A stretch of 64,000 nt of DNA from an uncultured Methanoregulaceae archaeon (GTDB taxonomy: Archaea; Halobacteriota; Methanomicrobia; Methanomicrobiales; Methanospirillaceae): positions 2,080,001 to 2,144,000 of the forward strand of contig OY970343.1 in NCBI GenBank assembly GCA_963717525.1. Direction: 5' to 3'. Positions 20,564-29,615 of the stretch are shown here, piece after piece. Positions within the stretch are counted from its first letter, which is position 1. Each line of letters begins with the position of its first letter. A program made the translations under genes and the position numbers. The notes below the pieces were generated by a model that saw only the letters and a program-made list of their open reading frames with translations, searched no databases and was not told the DNA's origin.

Positions 20564-21777
20564 ATGCCGATCGGTACCCTCCGGGACCTGGAGTGCAGCA
20601 AAAAGACGGTGCTTCTCCGTCTCGACCTCAACTCACCTATCGATCCCACCTCCCACCTTATTCTCGATGACAAACGGTTCCGCGAACACCTTCCTACGGT
20701 GCGTGCCCTTTCTGATTCCCGGGTTGTGATCGTCACCCACCAGAGCCGGCCGGGAAAGAAGGATTTTACCACGCTTGAAGCCCATGCAGGAAAACTTGAG
20801 GAGCTCCTCGGCACACCGGTCACCTACATCGACAGTATCTTCGGGCACCACGCGAAGGAAGCCGTGCATGCGTCAAAGCCCGGAGATGTCCTGATGCTCG
20901 AGAACGTGCGGTTTGCTGCAGAAGAGAACCTCACCATGAACCCCGGGGAGGCAAAAAAGACCCATCTCGTTAAGAGGCTCTCCGCTATGGCGGATTTCTT
21001 TGTCAACGACGCATTCGGGACTGCCCACCGGTCCCAGCCGACCGTTGTCGGCCTGCCGCTCGCCATGAAATCCGCGGCCGGCCTCCTGATGGAAAAGGAG
21101 GTTGCCACCCTCTCGAAAGTTTTCTCGGGCGCCCCCCGCCCGGTCTGCATGGTGCTCGGCGGCACCAAGATCGATGATTCGATTGAGGTCGCGGGTCACG
21201 TGCTGGAAAACGGCATCGCCGACAACGTGATGGTGATCGGTGTCGTGGCAAACGCCTTCTCTATCGCCGCCGGGTACGATATCGGCAAACCCTCCACCCA
21301 GCTCATCGAGCAGCTGAAGTACCAGGGCGAGATAAAAAAGGCAAAGGAGATTCTCACAAAATTCGGCGACCGGGTGATCATGCCGTCATCGGTTGCGGTG
21401 CGGCAGAACGGCAGGCGTGCCGAGTACCCGGTCGAGCGGATCCCTGCCGATGCGCCGGTGATGGATCTCGGCATGGATGCCCTTCCTGCGCTTATATCGA
21501 TCCTCAGGAAATCCGGGACCGTGGTCTTCAACGGTCCCGCCGGTGTCTTCGAGGAACGGATTTTGCCACGGGCACGTACGAACTGCTCCGGGCTGCGTCA
21601 AAAGTCGAGTTTTCGGTTGTGGGCGGCGGGCATACCGCGGCCGTGATTGAGAAACTCGGGATAGCACGAGACTTCACCCATATTTCCACGGGCGGTGGGG
21701 CCTGTATCGAGTTTTTGACCGGAAAGAAACTTCCGGCAGTTGAAGCGCTCGAAGAGTCATACCAGCTCTTCGGGTGA
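20564..21777 (+). CDS. pgk: Phosphoglycerate kinase, frameshift (missing base) near 21557
   Basis: RLDLNSP, HQSRPG, LENVRF, VNDAFGTAHR, FNGPAGVFE. The shifted frame supplies GGGHT and HISTGGGACIEFLTGKKLPAVEAL, stop at 21777. Confidence 0.95.
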
Positions 21778-21846
21778 ATGACCGCCCGCCCCTCCTCTCT
21801 TTTGGGATCAGTTCCTGCCCAGTTGGGGCGAATCTAAAAAAAAAGA

Positions 21847-22338
21847 TCAATATTGCCTGAGCAGAGTCTCGATTACTGTGGAGGGGATGCGCCGGACCGG
21901 CTTTGCCTTAGGTGCGACCGGCGATGGCACCTTCACGCCGGCAGTCTTTTCCAGCTGGACCCGTGCCGTCTCGATGGCAACTTCCCGCTCGATTGTAACT
22001 ATATCATCGCGTCTCCTTTTGAGGGAATAGAGTACGGCAAAAGAGAATGCAAGTGCAATGAACAGGAAAAGAACGGTGGCAAAGATCATGGTTACCCCGG
22101 TGATCATCAGCACCCGGTCCTGCTGCAGGACCGCCCAGGTTCCGGACAGGAAAAGAACCCAGAACAGGACAACCGCGATACGGGTGGATTCGATGGGGCT
22201 TGCAAGGCTGTGGATTCGTTCTTTTTCATAGTCGGTCGGATACCGGTCGATCATCGTTCCCAAGGCAAGGAGTGCTCCGCTGCAGGGGACGGAGAACACC
22301 CCGGCAATCCCGAGCATAAAAAGCAGCAGTTCGTTCAC
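21847..22338 (-). CDS. Hypothetical membrane protein (about 3 TM segments)
   Basis: 163-aa ORF with hydrophobic segments and a basic tail. GAGGTG SD-like sequence upstream of the GTG start. Confidence 0.7.
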   Translation of the reverse strand: MNELLLFMLGIAGVFSVPCSGALLALGTMIDRYPTDYEKERIHSLASPIESTRIAVVLFWVLFLSGTWAVLQQDRVLMITGVTMIFATVLFLFIALAFSFAVLYSLKRRRDDIVTIEREVAIETARVQLEKTAGVKVPSPVAPKAKPVRRIPSTVIETLLRQY

Positions 22339-22487
22339 GTCAAAGCACCTCGTTTTAATCTCCTATTACCGGCCGCGCTATAAATAGTATTCCATAAGTA
22401 TTACATAAAGAATAAAACGGTCCCGCGGGTATTACAAAAAGGGCCATGAACAGGCTATTTATAGTATTCTGGCCCATTTTATAGAGA

Positions 22488-22802
22488 ATGGTAGAGAAAG
22501 TACCGGCAAGCCGGGGAGAACGGGTGGCAATCTCCTACAAAATGCCGCCCAATATCTATGAAAAGGTCAATAAGCTCGTGTACGAGGAAAAGAAGTTCTC
22601 CACGATCTCGGATTGCATCACACAAGCTTTATTAGCTTTCGTCGATAATCACCACGATATGGGGCAGTTCAAAGAGCTCCTTAAGGATTACATGGCATCA
22701 GATGAGGGCCGGGAACTCATGAAAAATATGATGAAGGAAGCATTGCTGGACGTGCTCTCGACCCAGAAAATTGATCCCAAAGAACGTAAAAGTAATCCGT
22801 AA
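22488..22802 (+). CDS. Probable ribbon-helix-helix DNA-binding protein
   Basis: VAISYKMP (alternating beta strand), a helix, then FSTISDCITQAL, which fits the RHH pattern. TTTATA box upstream. Confidence 0.65.
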   Translation: MVEKVPASRGERVAISYKMPPNIYEKVNKLVYEEKKFSTISDCITQALLAFVDNHHDMGQFKELLKDYMASDEGRELMKNMMKEALLDVLSTQKIDPKERKSNP

Positions 22803-22882
22803 GTACCACACATCCACCGCTGTAGGGATCGTTAAGAAGCCCGGCGTCCGGCTCGCCCCCCTGTTTTGTAAAGAGATCCCGT

Positions 22883-23362
22883 ATGCAGGTACGTATCATC
22901 GCGGTCGGAAAGATCAAGGAACGTTTTCTCTCTGAAGGTATCGCCGAGTACGAAAAGCGCCTTTTGCCGTACCTGAAACTGTCCATTATGGAAATTGCCG
23001 AAGAGCGGCGGGGTGTCCACGCATCCGGCGGCCAGGAGCAGCTTGTCAAGGATCGCGAAGGTGAGCGTGTCCTCGCCGCGATTCCTGACAGGGCATACGT
23101 GGTGGCACTCGATGTCCGGGGAAAGGAGGTGTCAAGCGAGGCGCTCGCCACACGGATGCACGACTGGCAGCTTGCGGGAACGAACTCGATTGCGGTGATC
23201 ATCGGTGGTGATCTTGGGCTTTCTGACGCGGTGCTTGCCCGGGCCGCTCTCTGGCTCTCGCTTTCACCGATGACGTTCACCCACCAGATGGCGCGGCTGA
23301 TCCTTCTCGAACAACTCTACCGGGCCTGCAGGATCAACAGCGGCGAGCCCTACCATAAATAA
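22883..23362 (+). CDS. rlmH: 23S rRNA pseudouridine-N3 methyltransferase RlmH (SPOUT)
   Basis: IAVGKIKE, IIGGDLG, LSLSPMTFTHQMARLILLEQLYRA...GEPYHK. Confidence 0.95.
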   Translation: MQVRIIAVGKIKERFLSEGIAEYEKRLLPYLKLSIMEIAEERRGVHASGGQEQLVKDREGERVLAAIPDRAYVVALDVRGKEVSSEALATRMHDWQLAGTNSIAVIIGGDLGLSDAVLARAALWLSLSPMTFTHQMARLILLEQLYRACRINSGEPYHK

Positions 23363-23508
23363 CCGCGCCGGTTGCTGCGCCTCATGTCCTTCCGGTATGC
23401 ATTGTCGCTTGCGTTCCGGGAAGTAAGGGTTTGTTTTTAGATCCGGGAAACAACCCGGCGGTTCCCAATCCGCACCTATATCTGCCAGCCAAAAAAGATA
23501 CATTTTCC

Positions 23509-23700
23509 ATGAGTACCAAGGAACACACCACGAAAGTGGTTGATGAGAAGAGTGGCCTGATGGAATGCATCGTCTGCGGGGAGAAGTACCACACCACGAT
23601 GAAGGCGGGCCCGGACGGGAAGTTCCTGCCTGAAAACTGGGAATGCGTCAACAAGTGCCGGCTGATCCATAAAGATGAGAGACCGGCCCCTAGGAAGTAA
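23509..23700 (+). CDS. Small Cys-containing protein (63 aa), possibly metal-binding
   Basis: ECIVCG...WECVNKC. CTATATC box about 30 bp upstream of the ATG. Confidence 0.7.
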   Translation: MSTKEHTTKVVDEKSGLMECIVCGEKYHTTMKAGPDGKFLPENWECVNKCRLIHKDERPAPRK

Positions 23701-23762
23701 GGGCCTTATCATTTCGTATCTTTTTTCCGGCTCGCTCTCTTCTTTTGCACTTGTCGTTTGAA

Positions 23763-24025
23763 TTCCACTGGAAATAATAACCCACAGGGCGGGGGGTGGT
23801 TCCCTGTTGAAAGAAAAGAGGGGAGGTGGGTGGGGGATCACCCCCCTCTCCACAAATGGGATGCCCGCTGTTTTTGCACGTGAAGTGCAGGGTACTTCGA
23901 GTGGAGTGTCCGACGGAAGATTTCCGGCCGCGACAATCCCGGATGAAAAAAGAAGAACCAGACCGGTCCGGAGGGGGGAGGGGGTACCCCCTGTTGGCCC
24001 GACACATGGGTGGGGGGTAGGGCCA
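23763..24025. other. ORB-like boxes and G-strings; candidate replication origin or Orc1/Cdc6-binding region
   Basis: TTCCACTGGAAAT (23763-23775) followed by GGGCGGGGGG; GTTCCCTGTTGAAAGAAAAGAGGGGAGG (23799-23826); inverted TTCGAGTGGAG (23896-23906). Confidence 0.45.
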
Positions 24026-24033
24026 TTCCCTCC

Positions 24034-24618
24034 CTACGCTTTCCTCAGCACGGCCGCCCGGTTCACGAAGAAGAACCGTGACTCAACCAGCCGGAGCCCG
24101 GCTTTTTCTGCGAGCGCAAGGCTCTCCCGAAATTCGTTACCGGAGACAATGATCGGGGGTTCGGAATAGAAGAACAGGCCGCCGGGCACGAGCATCGCAG
24201 CGATCTCCCGGAAGAGTTTTTCCCGGTCCGGGACTTCGTGGACGACAAAGATGGCAAAGGCGACATCGATCTGCCCGTTCCGGTCCGGAGTAAGATCGAG
24301 CGAATCCGGTTGGCAATGGTGTGTGCTCACCCTGGGCAGGAGGCCTTCGGACCCGAGTTTCCCGCGGAGGATGGCAAGCATCTCCTCCTGCAGGTCGGCG
24401 GCGATCACAAGGCCGTTCTCACCCACGCGTCTGGCAAACTCGCGGGTGAAAAACCCCGGGCCGCAGCCGAAGTCGAGCACCCGGTCGCCGGGCTTCACGT
24501 ATCGTACCGCAAGCCGGTCAGGGTGATAGAGAAAGCGCCGGAACCGGGAGTCGAGGTGCCCGGCGTTTTTTGCGGAGAAGACCTCGTGGTGTTTGTGGGG
24601 TTTTTCGTTGGGGTCCAT
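24034..24618 (-). CDS. Class I SAM-dependent methyltransferase
   Basis: VLDFGCGPG motif I, VHEVPD, LVPGG. Confidence 0.9.
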   Translation of the reverse strand: MDPNEKPHKHHEVFSAKNAGHLDSRFRRFLYHPDRLAVRYVKPGDRVLDFGCGPGFFTREFARRVGENGLVIAADLQEEMLAILRGKLGSEGLLPRVSTHHCQPDSLDLTPDRNGQIDVAFAIFVVHEVPDREKLFREIAAMLVPGGLFFYSEPPIIVSGNEFRESLALAEKAGLRLVESRFFFVNRAAVLRKA

Positions 24619-24756
24619 TGGAGGAGTGGTTGGGGGTGGGGTGAGATATGGGTTGCGGGGGTGATCTCATCCCGCAGGCGATGCCGCACATACGCAGGCA
24701 GCCAACGTCTCCCTCGCGATCACAATGTTGATGCATGCAGTCGCCCATGATTGTCC

Positions 24757-25128
24757 ATGATTCCGGATGCGGATGACGATCCGTTTCCCCATGTCTTTTT
24801 GGTCGACCGGCTCTATCCGGAAGAGCAGGATTTTGTTGCCGATGATATATCCCCGCTCTCCCCGTACGAGATGGCAGATCTCGATGAACCGGCAACGAGG
24901 ATCGACTTAACTCCGCTGCTGCCCGGGGAAGATCCCAACCCCCCCGCAGAAAAAGTTGCAGGTCGTGCCGGTCCCCTGGACGAACCTGCTATGTCAAGGG
25001 ATATGAAAAAAGCTGACGATCAGGTGACACTTTCTTTTTTCAAAAAGGATAAGGAGAAGCTTCGCCGCCCGTGGGACGGGCCTGACCTTTCCCCAGTAGA
25101 AATTACGGACGCACAAAAGAAAGCATAG
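24757..25128 (+). CDS. Hypothetical acidic, Pro-rich protein
   Basis: Open frame ends 3 bp before the next ATG. Low complexity, no family recognised. Confidence 0.55.
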   Translation: MIPDADDDPFPHVFLVDRLYPEEQDFVADDISPLSPYEMADLDEPATRIDLTPLLPGEDPNPPAEKVAGRAGPLDEPAMSRDMKKADDQVTLSFFKKDKEKLRRPWDGPDLSPVEITDAQKKA

Positions 25129-25131
25129 CGC

Positions 25132-25471
25132 ATGTCTCCTCCCATATACAACCCGGCACACAAGGCGATTCTTGATGATCTATTCCTTGCCATCCCCGGG
25201 GTGGAACCGGGAAAGATGTTCGGGTACCCGGCCTATTATGTGAAGGGAAAACTCTTCGCCTGTGTGTACGAAAACGGTGTTGGCATCAGGGTACCGGCCG
25301 CAATGGCAGCAGAGCTCGCAGGACAGCCCGGGATCACCTGGTTTGTACCCCTCGGACGCAGGAAGATGAAGGAATGGATCCGGATCGACCGGGACAAATC
25401 CGATGAGTACCCGGAACGACCGGGAGATCTTTTCGGCTGCGGCTACGTATGTCTCAACGCTCGCACAATAA
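25132..25471 (+). CDS. TfoX/YjbR-like small protein, frameshift near 25411
   Basis: GKMFGYPAYYVKGKLFAC and RKMKEWI. Removing one C gives EYRNDREIFSAAATYVSTLAQ* with stop at 25471. The longer ORF-track version runs antisense into lysS. Confidence 0.75.
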
Positions 25472-25515
25472 CCGGCGATAGCCTGCCGGAAAAAAGGGGT
25501 CGATCTGCCGGGCGA

Positions 25516-27060
25516 TCAGTTCTTCGATGCTGGTTCGGTACCCGGTTTATCTTTCCCGGCCGCCTCTTCCCCTTCCGCCTGGACACTCTTCATGGACGGG
25601 AAGAGGATCACTTCCTTGATCGAGTTGTTGCCGGTGAGGAGCATCACGAGCCGGTCGATCCCGATGCCCACCCCCCCGGTCGGCGGCATGCCGTAGCCGA
25701 GCGCGTTGATGTAATCGTAATCGATCATCTGGGCCTCAAGATCGCCAAGCTGGCGTTTCCTGTCCTGGGCTTCGAAGCGCTCCTTCTGATCGATCGGGTC
25801 GTTGAGCTCCGAGAAGCCGTTTGCGATCTCCATCCCATAGATGAAGAGCTCGAAGCGTTCGGTGAACCCCTCTTTTGTCCGGTGGCGCTTTGCAAGCGGG
25901 GAGTTCTCGACAGGGAAGTCGTAGATGAAGGTCGGCTGAACCAGTTTCTCCTCCACCATGTTCTCGAAGAAGTACACGAGGAACTCCCGTTGCGTCTGAG
26001 GTTTGTCGGTATCCTTGAGCCGGTTCTGCACGGCAAGCGCCCGGAGTTCATCGACCGAATGTGCGAAGATGTCGATCCCCGCATACTCCTTCACCGCATC
26101 CGCCATCGAGAGCCTGTGGAGCGGCTTGTTAAACGAGATCGTAATATCCTCGAATTTTATCTCGTGTGAGCCGTGAACCTCCTGCACGAGGGTTGCAAGG
26201 AAATCCTCCGTGAGGTCCATCATGTCGTAGACATCATGGTACGCCCAATAGATCTCCACCATCGTGAATTCCGGGTTGTGGTGGGTGTCGATATCCTCGT
26301 TCCGGAAGTTCCGTGCGATCTCAAAGACCCGTTCGAACCCGCCAACCACGAGGCGCTTGAGGTAGAGTTCGGGTGCGATACGGAGGAAGAGCTTCTGGCC
26401 CAGGCAGTTGTGGAACGTGGTGAACGGCCGGGCGTTTGCGCCGCCGTACACCGGCTGGAGGATCGGGGTCTCGAACTCAAGGAAGTCCCGCTCGGTGAGG
26501 TACCGCCGGATGGACGAGAGGATCCGGCTCCGGTTCCGGAACCCCTGCCGGGTGTCGTCGTTTACAATCAGGTCGACGTACCGCTGCCGGTAGCGTTTCT
26601 CCACATCGGTGAGGCCGTGGAACTTCTCCGGCAGGGAGCAGACCGCCTTGGAGAGCAGGGTGAGCGTGTCCACCCAGATCGTGATCTCGCCCAGTTTTGT
26701 CCGGAAGACATGCCCGGTCACGCCGACAAAGTCGCCCCGCTCGATGAACTGGTTAAAAAAATCGAATGCTTCGTCCCCGAGGTCGGCCTTCCTTATGTAG
26801 AGCTGGATCTTGCCATTCTCGTCCCCGAGGTCGGCAAAGATGGTCTTGCCATGGTTGCGGATGATATACAGCCGCCCGGCGGTGGAGACGCTCTCTTCGC
26901 TCTTCTCGTGGGTGATCCCTGCAAACTTCGTCCTGATATCCGCTATCGTGTTCTTCCGGTCGAAGGTGGGGGGGTAGAGGTCGATACCTTTCTCCCGCAG
27001 TGCACGTACTTTGTCGAGCCGGGTCTGGTCGAATGCAAGGGTTTCACAAGGATCGGTCAC
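25516..27060 (-). CDS. lysS: Lysine--tRNA ligase, class II
   Basis: OB-fold N-terminus, YRQRYVDL, GGANARPF, FRNEDID...HNPEF, GMPPTGGVGIGIDRL. Start is GTG 27060 or ATG 27099. Confidence 0.97.
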   Translation of the reverse strand: MTDPCETLAFDQTRLDKVRALREKGIDLYPPTFDRKNTIADIRTKFAGITHEKSEESVSTAGRLYIIRNHGKTIFADLGDENGKIQLYIRKADLGDEAFDFFNQFIERGDFVGVTGHVFRTKLGEITIWVDTLTLLSKAVCSLPEKFHGLTDVEKRYRQRYVDLIVNDDTRQGFRNRSRILSSIRRYLTERDFLEFETPILQPVYGGANARPFTTFHNCLGQKLFLRIAPELYLKRLVVGGFERVFEIARNFRNEDIDTHHNPEFTMVEIYWAYHDVYDMMDLTEDFLATLVQEVHGSHEIKFEDITISFNKPLHRLSMADAVKEYAGIDIFAHSVDELRALAVQNRLKDTDKPQTQREFLVYFFENMVEEKLVQPTFIYDFPVENSPLAKRHRTKEGFTERFELFIYGMEIANGFSELNDPIDQKERFEAQDRKRQLGDLEAQMIDYDYINALGYGMPPTGGVGIGIDRLVMLLTGNNSIKEVILFPSMKSVQAEGEEAAGKDKPGTEPASKN

Positions 27061-27239
27061 GGGAATGCTCCGGGGCAGGTTGGTTAAACTGTACCTCATA
27101 CCTTCGATGTCAAGCGTAATAATACCTTCAGGGGCAGCCGTCTACGCCGGCAATAACCGCGAATGGAAGCAAAAAAATCCCTTCCCCGGCACAGAAAACT
27201 CCATGGTGCGGAAGGAGAAAGCGTCCGGGTCCCCGGCTC

Positions 27240-28586
27240 TTACGGGGGGTTATGTTTCCTGAACAATTCCGAGGCGTACTTCGCAAGGCCATAGATCCCG
27301 TCTGATGACGGGTGGACCTCGATGAAATCCTCGAAGTCGTGCACAGAGAAATGCCGCTCCATGAGAAACGCGAGGTACCCGGCGATGACCCCCCCAGCCG
27401 GCCCCGCGGCACACATGCCGGTGATATCTCCCGATGCCGGATCGGCGAAGATCTTTGCAAGCCCGGTGTCGCCGTACGGCACCGACCAGTAGGTCCCCGG
27501 CCCGGCTGGCCCGGGTAGGGCAAGCGATGCGCTCTCCCCGGCACCGCTTCCGCAGAAAGCAAGCTCGTGGGCGAGATAGATCGCCTGTGGGATCCGGGAG
27601 TAATCCATGTGCCGCACTTTTCCCAGAATGTTGTCCGCAGCCACGATCCCTTCGTGCCGGGCGACCGGCGTTAAAAATGGCGCTCCTGCCACGTCCCCGC
27701 AAGCATATATGCCGGGCACGCTCGTCTGCATCCGGTCATTGACAAGAATCTCCCCACCCGGCCCTTTATCGATCCCGCTTGCCATGCCGGAGTTGGGCAC
27801 AAGGCCGGTTGCGAGCAGCACGGTGTCGGCCGGGGACCCGGTTTCCGCCCCCGCCATCCGGTACCGGACTCCCGTGGTAAGGGTAGTCCCGCAGATGCCG
27901 GTCGCCTCAGCACCCTCGTGGATCTCAACGCCGGCGAGTTCTTTCATCGCAACGGCCCGGAGGTGTCGGTCAAGATTTTTCAAAAAGCCGCTCCGGGCAA
28001 GCACCGTCACCTCGCTCCCGAACTCCTGAAATATATATGCAAACTCCGCCGCCATCACGCCCCCTCCCACAATGGCAATCTTCTCCGGGAGCTCGCGGAG
28101 TCTCCAGAGGGAGTGAGGCGTGTGCACTCCCGGGAGAGTAACGCCGGGGATGTCCGGGATATTCGGCCGGGAGCCGGTGGCGATGATCGCGGCCTCCGCA
28201 TCGACCGACTCATCGCCAACATAGACCTGTCGTCCGTCCACCTGGCCTGCCTTGCCGTAGACCACGTCCACCCCGGCGTCTCTGGTCTCTTCGTCAAGAA
28301 TCCCGGCGATCTTCTGCTGGACGGCAAGGGTCTCGTCCATGACCTTTGAAAAACGGAGCGCCGGGACGGTATCAATCATCTCGAGCTCATGGAACCTGCG
28401 TGCGGTGCTGACAATGCGGGCGATATCGTTGAGGGCACAGACCGGCATGCAGCCAAAATGGAGGCACTGCCCGCCGATCCCCCGGGATTTTCCCTTGGGT
28501 TCGACAAGCGTGACTTTCTTTCCTGCCGTCGCAAGCCGTATCGAGGCTATCCGCCCGGCAGGACCTCCGCCAAGAACAACGATCAT
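27240..28586 (-). CDS. FAD-dependent pyridine nucleotide-disulfide oxidoreductase (dihydrolipoamide dehydrogenase-like)
   Basis: GGGPAG, redox-active GGQCLHFGCMP, ATGSRP, GIYACGD, C-terminal HP. Confidence 0.9.
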   Translation of the reverse strand: MIVVLGGGPAGRIASIRLATAGKKVTLVEPKGKSRGIGGQCLHFGCMPVCALNDIARIVSTARRFHELEMIDTVPALRFSKVMDETLAVQQKIAGILDEETRDAGVDVVYGKAGQVDGRQVYVGDESVDAEAAIIATGSRPNIPDIPGVTLPGVHTPHSLWRLRELPEKIAIVGGGVMAAEFAYIFQEFGSEVTVLARSGFLKNLDRHLRAVAMKELAGVEIHEGAEATGICGTTLTTGVRYRMAGAETGSPADTVLLATGLVPNSGMASGIDKGPGGEILVNDRMQTSVPGIYACGDVAGAPFLTPVARHEGIVAADNILGKVRHMDYSRIPQAIYLAHELAFCGSGAGESASLALPGPAGPGTYWSVPYGDTGLAKIFADPASGDITGMCAAGPAGGVIAGYLAFLMERHFSVHDFEDFIEVHPSSDGIYGLAKYASELFRKHNPP

Positions 28587-28598
28587 ACGGTTATAAAT

Positions 28599-29555
28599 TC
28601 AGAAGACTTCGACGCCCTCATCCATCGGCTCGGAGAGGAGCTCCCCGGTGAAGGCATTGACCTCGACAATCTTCTTGCCCCGGATCTGCCAGACCGGGAT
28701 GTAGACCTGCCTTGTCTCGACCTTGATGTTCTTGCGGTCAGGCTTGAGGGTCTTCTCTTCGTAGAAGATCGCATCTCCTTTCTCCTGCTTGATCCTGACC
28801 TTCTGGGTGAGCCGTTCGATAAGCTCGGTCACCATCCGCTCTGACGCCTCTTCCTTGGTGATGTGCGCATCGGAGATCTCGGCGTTTGACGGGATCTCGG
28901 AATCCTCGACCTTGGTCCCGTCAAGGTCGAGCTTGATGCCGTTGATGGCATTGATCGCGCCCCAGCCGTCGGCATCGAAGGGGATGCGCCGGTCCTTGTA
29001 CACCTGCTCCCCGGAGCTCGTGTAGTGGATCAGGTAGTAGGGCATAAACCGGAGTTTTGCCGCACCTTGGATCCCCGCGGTGCGGATCGCGGCCTGCTCG
29101 GAAAGCTTGACCGGGAAGTGGAGGATCGAAACACCGGAGTGCTCGTCCTCGGCTGGTGCTTCCGCTTGCGCAGCGGCCGCCTTCTTTGCCTTGCCCGGCG
29201 TGAGGTCGAGGGTGAGTTCGCGCTCAACGATATCAGCGAGCACAGCCTCACCTGCGTACTGGACGAACTCATCGATGCCCCACTGGGTGCAGTTTTCCGT
29301 CGCAATATTCTTTTCAAGCGTGAAGAGCAGCTTTTTGCAGGTCATCTCGTGGTCGTCCACCATGAGGCTGTAGTTGGTCTTGTCAAACTGCCCGATCAGT
29401 TCGGGATCGTTTGAACAGAGCACAAGGACGCAGTCACCGTCCCGGACTGCAGAAAGATCCAGGGGTTCGTCCACCTCTTCGACCTCAAACCGCGCAGCTT
29501 CAAGAATGAGCCTCATCGCATTCTTGGCTTTTTCCCGCATGTCGTGTTCCATCAT
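28599..29555 (-). CDS. Hypothetical protein (about 315 aa)
   Basis: Long ORF with host-like codon usage, 12 bp upstream of the oxidoreductase. Start is 29555 or 29540. Confidence 0.8.
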   Translation of the reverse strand: MMEHDMREKAKNAMRLILEAARFEVEEVDEPLDLSAVRDGDCVLVLCSNDPELIGQFDKTNYSLMVDDHEMTCKKLLFTLEKNIATENCTQWGIDEFVQYAGEAVLADIVERELTLDLTPGKAKKAAAAQAEAPAEDEHSGVSILHFPVKLSEQAAIRTAGIQGAAKLRFMPYYLIHYTSSGEQVYKDRRIPFDADGWGAINAINGIKLDLDGTKVEDSEIPSNAEISDAHITKEEASERMVTELIERLTQKVRIKQEKGDAIFYEEKTLKPDRKNIKVETRQVYIPVWQIRGKKIVEVNAFTGELLSEPMDEGVEVF

Positions 29556-29615
29556 ATAGAGATTGCCATGGGCTTATAGAACAATTTTTCTATTGCAATC
29601 GCCGAGATCACTACC

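Noticed and set aside
25472..26169. C-terminal extension of the 345-aa ORF starting at 25132
   Set aside because: It results from the frameshift near 25411 and runs antisense through lysS.
25516..27060. Class II LysRS in an archaeon as a novelty
   Set aside because: Class II LysRS is already known in several archaeal lineages including methanogens, and codon usage is host-like.
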